Source: an uncultured Muribaculaceae bacterium (GTDB lineage: Bacteria > Bacteroidota > Bacteroidia > Bacteroidales > Muribaculaceae). Taken from it: a stretch of 64,000 bases of DNA. The stretch is from NCBI GenBank assembly GCA_910586455.1, contig CAJUHX010000003.1, forward strand, positions 1,190 to 65,189, read 5' to 3'. Every line of letters starts with the position of its first letter. The first letter of the stretch is position 1. This document shows positions 1-7,886 of the stretch, in pieces. Made by a program: the position numbers and the translations under genes. The notes below the pieces were generated by a model. The model was not told the DNA's origin. It searched no databases and worked only from the letters and a program-made list of their open reading frames with translations.

Positions 1-1449
1 GAGGAAGCCTTGCAGCAGCGGCTTTTCGATATACGCATTAAGTACCTCAAACAGATGCAAGCCGCCTATAACGAGGCTTCGGAGGAATGGCACGGCTACA
101 AGGTGCAGATTGAACAGGCCGAGGCTGCGGAGCAACTGCGCCGTCAGAAATTGCTCGCCCAGCGTGTGGCCGAATGGCGCAAGCAGTATGAATACCGCGA
201 GGCCGGGCAACGCTATGCCCTTGAAATGGACTTGTTGCTCGAAGCATACGACCGTGGGCTTATCTCCTATAAGGAATATCTGCAAGCGCAGCGCGACTTG
301 AAAAAGAAGTATGCCGGGGAATACCTGCCGGAGTCGGCAAAGCCCTCGGAGGGATCTGCCGACCGTCAGGCCGTGGCGATGAAGCGCGACCTCGATGTGG
401 TGAAGTCGCTCTACGACCAGGGCATACTCGACAAGAAGCAGTACGAGGACGCAAAGGAGCGCATCGAGAGGGCATACAACAAGAAGTCGCTCGATGCCGT
501 GCGCAAGTTCGGCTCGACGCAGACAAACCAACTTCTCGACATTTACGAGGCGTGGAAGAATTTCTTTGATGCCACCGAGGAAGACGGCGGCAACTGGGCC
601 ACGCGCCTTGCCGCTCTCGCCCAATCGGTGTTCGCTGTTATGGCCGCAGGTATGCAGCAGATGTCGGAGTATATGCAAGCCGAGGCCGACCTTGAAGTCG
701 CAAAGGCTGAAAAGAAGTACGACCGCGAGATTGAGCTTGCGGAGGGCAACTCCTATAAGGTCAAGAAAGCCGAGAAAGACAAGGAAAAGGAGATAGCCAA
801 GATTAAGTCCGACGCATCGCGCAAGCAGTTCGCAATGCAGGTGATACAGGCCGTGGCGCAGACTGCCACCAATGCCCTGAACGCCTACGGCTCGGCGGCG
901 CAGGTGCCCGTAATCGGCTATATCCTCGCACCTATCGCGGCGGCTATGGCCGTGGCCGCAGGTGCTATCCAAATCGCCACTATCAAGAAGCAGCAACAGG
1001 CGTCGGAGGCGCAGGGATATGCCGAGGGTGGCTTCACACCTCCCGGAGGCAAGTACGAGGAAGCAGGTGTCGTTCACAAAGGGGAATGGGTCGCCTCGCA
1101 GCGACTTGTCAATAATCCCCGGACCCGCCCTTTGTTGGAGGCTCTGGACTATGCGCAGCGTACCAACACCATCGGCTCTATCACAGCTGCCGATGTGTCG
1201 AGGACAATAACCGCACCGGCGGTTATCGCGGCGCAGCAGTCAGCACCCCAAACCATAGTGAACAACACCTACACGCAGGAAGCCCCGGCGAGCGACGGCA
1301 GAATGGTGGCCGTGCTCGACCGCCTCGACGCCCGGCTCAACGAACCTTTTGTGACCGTGAACACCGTAAGCGGCGATCACGGCATACAAAAGGCACAGGA
1401 GGAATACGACCGACTGATGAAGAACAAATCACCCAAATCTCGAAAATAA
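1..1449 (+). CDS. Phage tail tape measure protein, C-terminal part (5' truncated)
   Basis: Frame open from base 1; coiled-coil Ala/Gln/Lys-rich, hydrophobic 'IAAAMAVAAGAIQIATIKKQ' followed by 'GYAEGGFT..EAGVVHKGEWV', typical of TMP C-termini. Confidence 0.8.
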   Translation, partial: EEALQQRLFDIRIKYLKQMQAAYNEASEEWHGYKVQIEQAEAAEQLRRQKLLAQRVAEWRKQYEYREAGQRYALEMDLLLEAYDRGLISYKEYLQAQRDLKKKYAGEYLPESAKPSEGSADRQAVAMKRDLDVVKSLYDQGILDKKQYEDAKERIERAYNKKSLDAVRKFGSTQTNQLLDIYEAWKNFFDATEEDGGNWATRLAALAQSVFAVMAAGMQQMSEYMQAEADLEVAKAEKKYDREIELAEGNSYKVKKAEKDKEKEIAKIKSDASRKQFAMQVIQAVAQTATNALNAYGSAAQVPVIGYILAPIAAAMAVAAGAIQIATIKKQQQASEAQGYAEGGFTPPGGKYEEAGVVHKGEWVASQRLVNNPRTRPLLEALDYAQRTNTIGSITAADVSRTITAPAVIAAQQSAPQTIVNNTYTQEAPASDGRMVAVLDRLDARLNEPFVTVNTVSGDHGIQKAQEEYDRLMKNKSPKSRK

Positions 1450-1453
1450 TTTG

Positions 1454-1461
1454 TAATTTTG
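1454..1461 (+). promoter_or_regulatory. Bacteroidetes -7 box TAATTTTG upstream of the moron lipoprotein
   Basis: Matches TAnnTTTG, 19 nt before the ATG at 1481. Confidence 0.6.
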
Positions 1462-1480
1462 CAGCGTAAAACCCAAGTAT

Positions 1481-1798
1481 ATGAAAAAATTACTCATCTT
1501 CCTTTGTTCGGTTATCGCTATAATACTTTGCTCTTGCGAAAGTAGCGATGAAAAAATCTATAAGTCAGTGATTTCAAAATACGACATTATTATGTCGGAA
1601 TTTAATGCTGCCCAAAATGTTGAAAACTTCAATGCAACCTCGGAGAAGTTTTCCGACTTCAAGAGCAGCGAGCTAATCCAAGAGTATGACTCTTTATGCT
1701 CGATTGATAAAGTGCCAAAAGATGTACAAAACTTGGTTCAACAAAAAGAAAAGGAAGTTGCTGCGGCTCAATCCGATGCTATGTCGCGTCTTAACTAA
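1481..1798 (+). CDS. Small prophage lipoprotein (moron)
   Basis: Signal peptide II MKKLLIFLCSVIAIILCS-C followed by acidic ESSDEK; visibly AT-richer than its flanks. Confidence 0.75.
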   Translation: MKKLLIFLCSVIAIILCSCESSDEKIYKSVISKYDIIMSEFNAAQNVENFNATSEKFSDFKSSELIQEYDSLCSIDKVPKDVQNLVQQKEKEVAAAQSDAMSRLN

Positions 1799-1825
1799 CC
1801 GTCTTTTTCAAAACGCTCATAAAAT

Positions 1826-1863
1826 AGCACCTTTGCAGACACCACTGTAAAGGTGCTTATTTT
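1826..1863 (+). terminator. Hairpin/terminator after the moron, just before the tail gene
   Basis: AGCACCTTTGCAG-acacca-CTGTAAAGGTGCT (13-bp stem, one G-T pair) followed by TATTTT. Confidence 0.55.
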
Positions 1864-3684
1864 ATGCAAATCTACGTCAACAACAGGCTCGCTGCCTTGA
1901 AAAAAGGCACTTCGTTTGAGTATGTTTCCGAAAACCGTATGTTCAGCGGCAGCGACGGCTACACGCTGACAATCACCTTTCCGCTCAAAGACTGCCCGGA
2001 GAATATTGCTATCTTCGGCCATATCAACCGTGCCGATGTGGCGGCACAAAAGGTGATTTTCGACTGCGAGATACGCGACCGCGGCTTCTACAAGTTCGGC
2101 TCTATCACCATTACCGAAATATCCGAGGCCGAGGTCAAGACGCAATTCTTGGAGGGGCGCTCCGAGCAGAACTTCGACAAGACTTTCGACAAGGTGTATA
2201 TAAACGAACTCGACCTCGGCGCTCCCCCGACAACCTCGACCTCGCAGATAACGCCCTCCAACGCCTGGCACCCGGCCTCAAACTCCGACCGATGCGTGGC
2301 TCTGCCGTGGGTCAACGACTATTCCGGCAATATCCAAAATCTCGCCGAATATGTCGTAGATGATGCCGCGCAGGGGAGAGGGCATTTTGAATGGAACAGC
2401 GAGAAGACCACGGGGCTGTCGTGGCAACCCTACCTGCTGCACATCACACGGAAAATTTGCGAGGCCGTGGGCTACACGCCCGACTTCTCGAAATGGGAGG
2501 AACACGAGGAATACAAATACCTCCTTATATGCAACGCTCTCCCTCATGCGTGGTATATGCCGGGCTTCGCAAACGCCCTGCCGCATTGGACGGTCGAGGA
2601 ATATTTCGAGAAGTTGGAGCTGTTTTTAGGGGGAGAGTTCGACTTCGACCACCGGGGCAAGCGCATCACCTTTGCCTTTACCCACGAGGTGCTTGCAGAC
2701 AAGCCGACCGTCTGCATCGCCGACGTGGTGGAGGAACACTCCACCGAGGTAAAGGTCGAGGAAGAAGACTGCGACTACTCCGAGGCGAAGAACCTTGTCT
2801 ATAAGGACTGCGACCACGAAATGTGGAAGTATTACAGCTGCGACTGGTTTATCGAGGGGTGGCAGAACCGTGTGGTGCGCTACAAGACGATGTCGGAGCT
2901 GCTTGCCGCCAATCGCGGTTATCGCACTTGGAGAGGGCAGCGCGGACGCAACGCCCAAATCGACAAGCTGCTCTATGCCGAGGACTGCGACGCCTACTTC
3001 CTGATACGCACCATTAGCCGCGAGCGGAAGATTGACTTTTCCCCGGGGCTGATACGGATTTATTACCTCTATACTTGCCGTCTGCAACCAGTAAATCTCT
3101 TTGGTGGGCGCATAGTCAATGACGAAGAAGATGCCGACAGCGAGGAAATAGAGTTTGTTCCGGCGTGGATAGACGATACCGAGGAAAAGTATGGACGTGT
3201 GCTGTTCCTCTCTTTCTCCGGCTACGACGAGGACACCGACACAACGAGCGAGGACGACGGCGACCACCCCTTTCTCAAAACAATCTCCGACTCGACACTC
3301 GCCGCAGGTGAAAAAGAGAAGAAATCGGAATATTACGACCGCATATATGTGGGGTGGTACGACGGCGCCAATCACTTTGTCGGCAATCACCTCCCTTACC
3401 CGAATGTCGATGATATAGCCATTGCCGACGATTGGAGCAACTTTGCATACGTCCACTTCTCCCTGCGCATCAACAACCGCCTCACACGCCGCAGCAAAGT
3501 GTTCCACACCGTCGAGCCAAAGATGAAGACTACCTTTAAGTTCCTCGCCAATACAATCCCCGATGTGCGCTCCCTGTTCCTTATCCGTGGCAAACGCTAC
3601 ATCTGCGAAAAAATAACCGCGACGTTCACCGAAAATGGAATGTCGCAGTTACTCAAAGGCATCTTCTACCCCGTCAAGGATTAA
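1864..3684 (+). CDS. Phage tail-region structural protein (606 aa)
   Basis: Position after the TMP; N-terminus 'SFEYVSENRMFSGSDGYTLTITFPL' resembles Bacteroidales prophage tail proteins. Confidence 0.6.
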   Translation: MQIYVNNRLAALKKGTSFEYVSENRMFSGSDGYTLTITFPLKDCPENIAIFGHINRADVAAQKVIFDCEIRDRGFYKFGSITITEISEAEVKTQFLEGRSEQNFDKTFDKVYINELDLGAPPTTSTSQITPSNAWHPASNSDRCVALPWVNDYSGNIQNLAEYVVDDAAQGRGHFEWNSEKTTGLSWQPYLLHITRKICEAVGYTPDFSKWEEHEEYKYLLICNALPHAWYMPGFANALPHWTVEEYFEKLELFLGGEFDFDHRGKRITFAFTHEVLADKPTVCIADVVEEHSTEVKVEEEDCDYSEAKNLVYKDCDHEMWKYYSCDWFIEGWQNRVVRYKTMSELLAANRGYRTWRGQRGRNAQIDKLLYAEDCDAYFLIRTISRERKIDFSPGLIRIYYLYTCRLQPVNLFGGRIVNDEEDADSEEIEFVPAWIDDTEEKYGRVLFLSFSGYDEDTDTTSEDDGDHPFLKTISDSTLAAGEKEKKSEYYDRIYVGWYDGANHFVGNHLPYPNVDDIAIADDWSNFAYVHFSLRINNRLTRRSKVFHTVEPKMKTTFKFLANTIPDVRSLFLIRGKRYICEKITATFTENGMSQLLKGIFYPVKD

Positions 3685-4970
3685 GCGGCAACCTCCGCCT
3701 CAACCTCCGGCGTGGCGTTCTTCCTCGGACGGCCACGCTTTTTCTTTGCCGGAGCCTCGCTTTTTACGCCTCCGTAGAGGACGTAATCGAGGACTTTGCG
3801 GTTAGCCTCATCGACCTCTTTCATATCGTATTCGATATAAATGTCGGTCACATCGTGGCTTCCGTGACCGAGGGCGAGAGCGATTGTATCTTTGCTTACT
3901 CCCAACTTACGGGCTATTGTAGCCCAGGAGTGCCGCGCCCAATAAGTTGTGAGTTCTTCGAGTTCGAGCTGACCTTTTATTTCTTTCAATCCCTTGCATA
4001 GATTGTTGTAGAAATGGCGGTAGTTTGCATAGCTCTCGCAGAAGTTGACAAGCAACTCCTTTCCGGCGTAACGGTCGATTATCTCCCGTGCCTCTTTCTC
4101 CACCTTAATAGAGTAGGGTCGATGTGTTTTTGCGCGGAGGTATTCGACACGCCCCTGTGTAATCTTCTTCAAGCCGCAGAGGTCAACAACATTTATACCG
4201 ATTAGCATAAAGGAGAGCTTGAAGAAGTCAAGGTATTTTTGCTGCCACTCTTCATCGCAGGTGTGCTTGAAGATACGGCGCAGAGTGTCGATGTCGAAAT
4301 TGCGCTTGCGTGTTTTCTCGGACTTGATTTTGAAGCGGCGAAATGCGTAGTAGCTTGTTACCTCGTTGTCGATAGCGTAGTTTACAACGGCACGGATATT
4401 GCGGAAGTGTATGGCGTTGGCGTTAACTCCGGCTGTCTGCGAGAGAAAATCCTCGAAGTCCTCCAACCACGAAATCTTGATGTCCTCGAATTTGACTTTG
4501 CCGAGTTTTTCTTCTCCGAGCCAAGCTACAAGGCGATTGCGCGTGGCGGTATAGATGTCGTTAGTGCGACCCGACTTTCGGGCTGTGAAGCGGTCAAACC
4601 ACTTTAAGAATGTGTTCGGGTCTTCTTTCGGCTTCTGCACTTTCTTTGGAGTGTCTGCCGGAGAAAGTTTGCTTACTAAATAGTCGCGTATCTCCGTTGC
4701 AGACATCGCCGCCAATTTTTGCGCGTCCTCGTCCTCTAATTTTAGAATAAGAGTGTCAATCTCGACCTTACGCTTGTTGATGTAGTTATTCCAAAACTTC
4801 GCCTCGGGGTGATTGATTATCGAGAGTGTTTTGGGTTCCCACTGGTGCCTTTCGAGTTTTATCCCGAGAGGGTAGGCCGCAGTTTTTGTGTGCTGGCAGA
4901 TGTTGATGCGGAGATTGTGGGTCTTCTCCGAGGCTCGACGGCAGTCGAGGTAAAATTTTGTTGTTGCCAT
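3681..4970 (-). CDS. int: Tyrosine recombinase / phage integrase (arm-binding, SAM-like and catalytic domains)
   Basis: Likely start MATTKFYLD at 4970; motifs GINVVDL, YLRAKT, YWARHSWATIA, LGH, TDIY; stop overlaps the stop of the convergent tail gene (TTAA). Confidence 0.92.
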   Translation of the reverse strand: MATTKFYLDCRRASEKTHNLRINICQHTKTAAYPLGIKLERHQWEPKTLSIINHPEAKFWNNYINKRKVEIDTLILKLEDEDAQKLAAMSATEIRDYLVSKLSPADTPKKVQKPKEDPNTFLKWFDRFTARKSGRTNDIYTATRNRLVAWLGEEKLGKVKFEDIKISWLEDFEDFLSQTAGVNANAIHFRNIRAVVNYAIDNEVTSYYAFRRFKIKSEKTRKRNFDIDTLRRIFKHTCDEEWQQKYLDFFKLSFMLIGINVVDLCGLKKITQGRVEYLRAKTHRPYSIKVEKEAREIIDRYAGKELLVNFCESYANYRHFYNNLCKGLKEIKGQLELEELTTYWARHSWATIARKLGVSKDTIALALGHGSHDVTDIYIEYDMKEVDEANRKVLDYVLYGGVKSEAPAKKKRGRPRKNATPEVEAEVAA

Positions 4971-5022
4971 AGGCTTAAAAATTTTCCTACGATACCGCTC
5001 TGGAATCGGACTTGCAACATCT

Positions 5023-5094
5023 ACTTGCGCAACTTGCGCAAGTGATGCGCAAGTAAACCTCGGTAAACTTCGGCAATTTCCGTCAACTTTCGGT
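5023..5094. repeat. att-arm repeats: three ACTTGCGCA copies (two direct, one inverted) and four 10-bp degenerate tandem units
   Basis: ACTTGCGCA at 5023 and 5032, TGCGCAAGT at 5046; AAACCTCGGT/AAACTTCGGC/AATTTCCGTC/AACTTTCGGT at 5055-5094. Confidence 0.65.
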
Positions 5095-5138
5095 ATCGGA
5101 AGGCTTTTTTTTAAGTCACTTGTCGAGGCTAAAAACAA

Positions 5139-5180
5139 AAGTAACACGCTTAAATCGTGCTGATTTATAACGTGTTACTT
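5139..5180. repeat. Inverted repeat immediately 3' of the tRNA (att-associated hairpin or tRNA terminator)
   Basis: AAGTAACACG...CGTGTTACTT perfect arms enclosing TAAATC/GATTTA. Confidence 0.65.
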
Positions 5181-5182
5181 AG

Positions 5183-5270
5183 CGGAGTGAGGGGGATTCG
5201 AACCCCCGATACGCTTTTGGCGTATACACGCTTTCCAGGCGTGCCTCTTCAACCACTCGAGCACCATTCC
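5183..5270 (-). tRNA. tRNA-Ser(GGA), 88 nt, long variable arm, CCA not encoded
   Basis: GGAATGGTGCTCGAGTGG...CACGC-CTGGAAA-GCGTG...GGGGG-TTCGAAT-CCCCC-TCACTCCG; TAACTTTG promoter upstream on the minus strand. Confidence 0.97.
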
Positions 5271-5389
5271 CTGCGTTTGCGGTGCAAAGTTACTCATTTT
5301 TTCTTTAACCACAAAGTTTTTTGTGCTTTTTACTTTTTAAATGTATGTTTTTTGGATTGTAGTTTATTATTGGCTGCGGGGGTAGGTAC

Positions 5390-5422
5390 AAAAAAAGAGG
5401 CAGTCTGGTTTTGAACTGCCTC
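5390..5422 (-). terminator. Intrinsic terminator of pnp
   Basis: GAGGCAGT/ACTGCCTC stem with a T-tract on the minus strand. Confidence 0.75.
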
Positions 5423-5450
5423 CTATTGTATTTGACTTTATGGTCGGTGT

Positions 5451-7697
5451 TTAGTGGTCGTTGCGCTCGCGACGTGGACCACGGTCGTTGCGTTCGCCAC
5501 GGTCGCGGCGGGGTCCGCGGTCGCCACCTTCGCGACGGGGACGGTCGCCACGTTCGCCACGTGGAGCACGCTGCGGTTCAACATAGCCTTCGGGCTTGGG
5601 AGTGAGCGCACGCATCGACAGACGGTATTTACCGGTCTTCTTGTCGATTTCGATGAGTTTGACTTCCACTTTGTCGCCTTCTTTGAGGCCGCTTGCTTCC
5701 ATGTCGGGCAGGCGTTCCCAGCTGATTTCCGATATGTGAAGCAGGCCGTCACGGTTGGGCATGAATTCGACGAATGCACCGAATTCCATTACGCTGCGTA
5801 CTGTGCCGGCGTATGTCTTGCCTTCTTCGGGAAGTTCGACAATGCGGTTGATGAGTTCGAGGGCCTTGTCGATTGATGCTTTGTTGGCAGCAGCAACTTC
5901 GATGAAGCCGCCTTCTTCGATTTCGTCGATTGATACGCTTGCGCCTGAGGCTTCCTGAATGCCCTGGATAACTTTTCCGCCCGGGCCGATAACTGCACCG
6001 ATAAGCTCTTTGGGTATGAGCATGGTGACGATGCGTGGTACGTGGGGCTTGAAGTCTTCGCGGGCTGCAGGGATGGTCTGTTCGATTATATCGAGTATGT
6101 GCAGTCGACCTTCCTTGGCCTGGTTGAGGGCTTTTTCAAGTATTTCGTAGCTGAGGCCGTCGCACTTTATGTCCATCTGGGTTGCGGTGATGCCCCGGCG
6201 GGTACCGGTTACCTTGAAGTCCATGTCGCCGAGGTGGTCTTCGTCGCCGAGGATGTCGGAGAGGATTGCGTATTTCTGACCGTCGGAAATCAGGCCCATT
6301 GCTATACCTGCTACGGGACGTTTCATCTTCACGCCGGCGTCGAGGAGGGCGAGTGTGCCTGCGCATACGGTTGCCATCGACGATGAACCGTTCGACTCCA
6401 GAATGTCGCTTACTATGCGGCATACGTAGGGGAAGTTGTCGGGGAACATGCGTTTGAGGGCGCGGTGCGCGAGGTTGCCGTGACCGATTTCACGACGTCC
6501 TACGCCGCGCTGGGGACGTGCTTCGCCGGTGGAGAAGGGGGGGAAGTTGTAGTGGAGCAGGAAGCGCTCGCGGCCCTGGTTGAGCACGTCGTCGAGTATT
6601 TTTTCGTCGAGTTTGGTGCCGAGTGTGGCTGTGGCGAGCGACTGTGTTTCACCGCGTGTGAAGACTGCCGATCCGTGGGGGCCGGGAATGTAGTCGACCT
6701 CGCACCAGATGGGGCGAATTTCGGTGGTCTTACGGCCGTCGAGGCGGATGCCTTCGTCGAGCACGCAGCGGCGCATGGCTTCTTTTTCCACGTCGTGGTA
6801 GTAGCGTTTTACCAGCGGAGTTTTTTCGTCGCGTTCTTCTTCGGGGAGCGAGTCGATGTATTCCTGACATATTGCGTCGAAGGAGTCGATGCGCCAGTGT
6901 TTGTCGGCCGAGCCGGCTTTTGCAATTGCGTATGCTTTGTCGTAGCATTTGTCGTGAACGTCCTTGCGGAGTTCTTCGTCGTTTACTTCGTGGCAGTATT
7001 CGCGTTTTACGGTAGCGCCTGCAGCTTCGGCGAGTTCGAGCTGCACCTTGCACTGCTCTTTGATGGCGTCGTGTGCTGCCTTGAGGGCTGCGAGGAGGTC
7101 GGCTTCGGAAACTTCGTTCATTTCGCCTTCCACCATCATGATGTTATCGTAAGTGGCACCGACCATGAGCTCCATGTCGGCACGCTCGAGCTGTTCGAAA
7201 TTGGGGTTGATTACGAATTCGCCGTCGATACGGGCCACACGCACTTCGCTGATGGGGCCGTTGAAGGGTATGTCGCTGACAGCAATCGCAGCTGATGCGG
7301 CCAGACCTGCCAGGGCGTCGGGCATTTCAACGCCGTCGGCTGAATACATGGTGATGTTTACGAAAGTGTCGGCATGGTAGTTGTCGGGGAACAGCGGGCG
7401 GAGCACGCGGTCAACCAGACGTGATGTGAGGATTTCGTAATCGCTTGCGCGGCCTTCGCGCTTGAGGAATCCACCGGGGAAACGACCGTTGGAAGAGAAT
7501 TTTTCTTTGTACTCTACTGTCAGAGGCATGAAGTCAACGCCTTCGCCTGCTTCCTTGGCCGAAACGACCGTGGCCAGCAGCATGGTGTTGCCCATGCGCA
7601 GCTCTACCGCTCCATCAGCCTGCTTGGCAAGTTTCCCGGTCTCCAGGGTAATTGTGCGACCGTCAGCGAGCGTGATGGTTTTCTTGATTGGGTTCAT
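5451..7697 (-). CDS. pnp: Polyribonucleotide nucleotidyltransferase
   Basis: [26 protein letters not shown] and DMDFKVTG motifs; KH and S1 domains; Arg/Gly/Asp-rich tail. Confidence 0.98.
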   Translation of the reverse strand: MNPIKKTITLADGRTITLETGKLAKQADGAVELRMGNTMLLATVVSAKEAGEGVDFMPLTVEYKEKFSSNGRFPGGFLKREGRASDYEILTSRLVDRVLRPLFPDNYHADTFVNITMYSADGVEMPDALAGLAASAAIAVSDIPFNGPISEVRVARIDGEFVINPNFEQLERADMELMVGATYDNIMMVEGEMNEVSEADLLAALKAAHDAIKEQCKVQLELAEAAGATVKREYCHEVNDEELRKDVHDKCYDKAYAIAKAGSADKHWRIDSFDAICQEYIDSLPEEERDEKTPLVKRYYHDVEKEAMRRCVLDEGIRLDGRKTTEIRPIWCEVDYIPGPHGSAVFTRGETQSLATATLGTKLDEKILDDVLNQGRERFLLHYNFPPFSTGEARPQRGVGRREIGHGNLAHRALKRMFPDNFPYVCRIVSDILESNGSSSMATVCAGTLALLDAGVKMKRPVAGIAMGLISDGQKYAILSDILGDEDHLGDMDFKVTGTRRGITATQMDIKCDGLSYEILEKALNQAKEGRLHILDIIEQTIPAAREDFKPHVPRIVTMLIPKELIGAVIGPGGKVIQGIQEASGASVSIDEIEEGGFIEVAAANKASIDKALELINRIVELPEEGKTYAGTVRSVMEFGAFVEFMPNRDGLLHISEISWERLPDMEASGLKEGDKVEVKLIEIDKKTGKYRLSMRALTPKPEGYVEPQRAPRGERGDRPRREGGDRGPRRDRGERNDRGPRRERNDH

Positions 7698-7886
7698 AAA
7701 AAATATTTATTGTTTTCTGCTAAAAAATTGTCAGCTTCGGTATTGATACAGGGGCTGTGCCTGCAATGGCATAGCTCATAAATCGCGCAAAGATAGGAAT
7801 TTTTTGTTACATTACCTAATTTTTATCGGCCAAACCTACTGCCATTCGTATTTTTTATGTACTTTTGCGCATCCCAAACAAAAAGT

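Larger units (their letters stand above)
1..5190. mobile_element. Right end of a tailed prophage integrated at the 3' end of tRNA-Ser(GGA); continues beyond the left edge of the window
   Basis: Tape-measure-like gene, tail-region gene and tyrosine integrase abut the 3' end of a tRNA, with att-like repeats between integrase and tRNA. Confidence 0.85.

Noticed and set aside
1..3684. DGR target or stop-codon recoding in the prophage tail genes
   Set aside because: ORFs are intact in the standard code; no template/variable repeat pair or reverse transcriptase visible in this window
4971..5147. N-terminal extension of the integrase
   Set aside because: Runs through the att-arm repeats; MATTKFYLD is the typical start
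5157..5414. 85-aa ORF
   Set aside because: Antisense to the tRNA-Ser and its promoter
5455..5575. GC-rich short repeats at the pnp 3' end
   Set aside because: Encode the ordinary Arg/Gly/Asp-rich disordered tail
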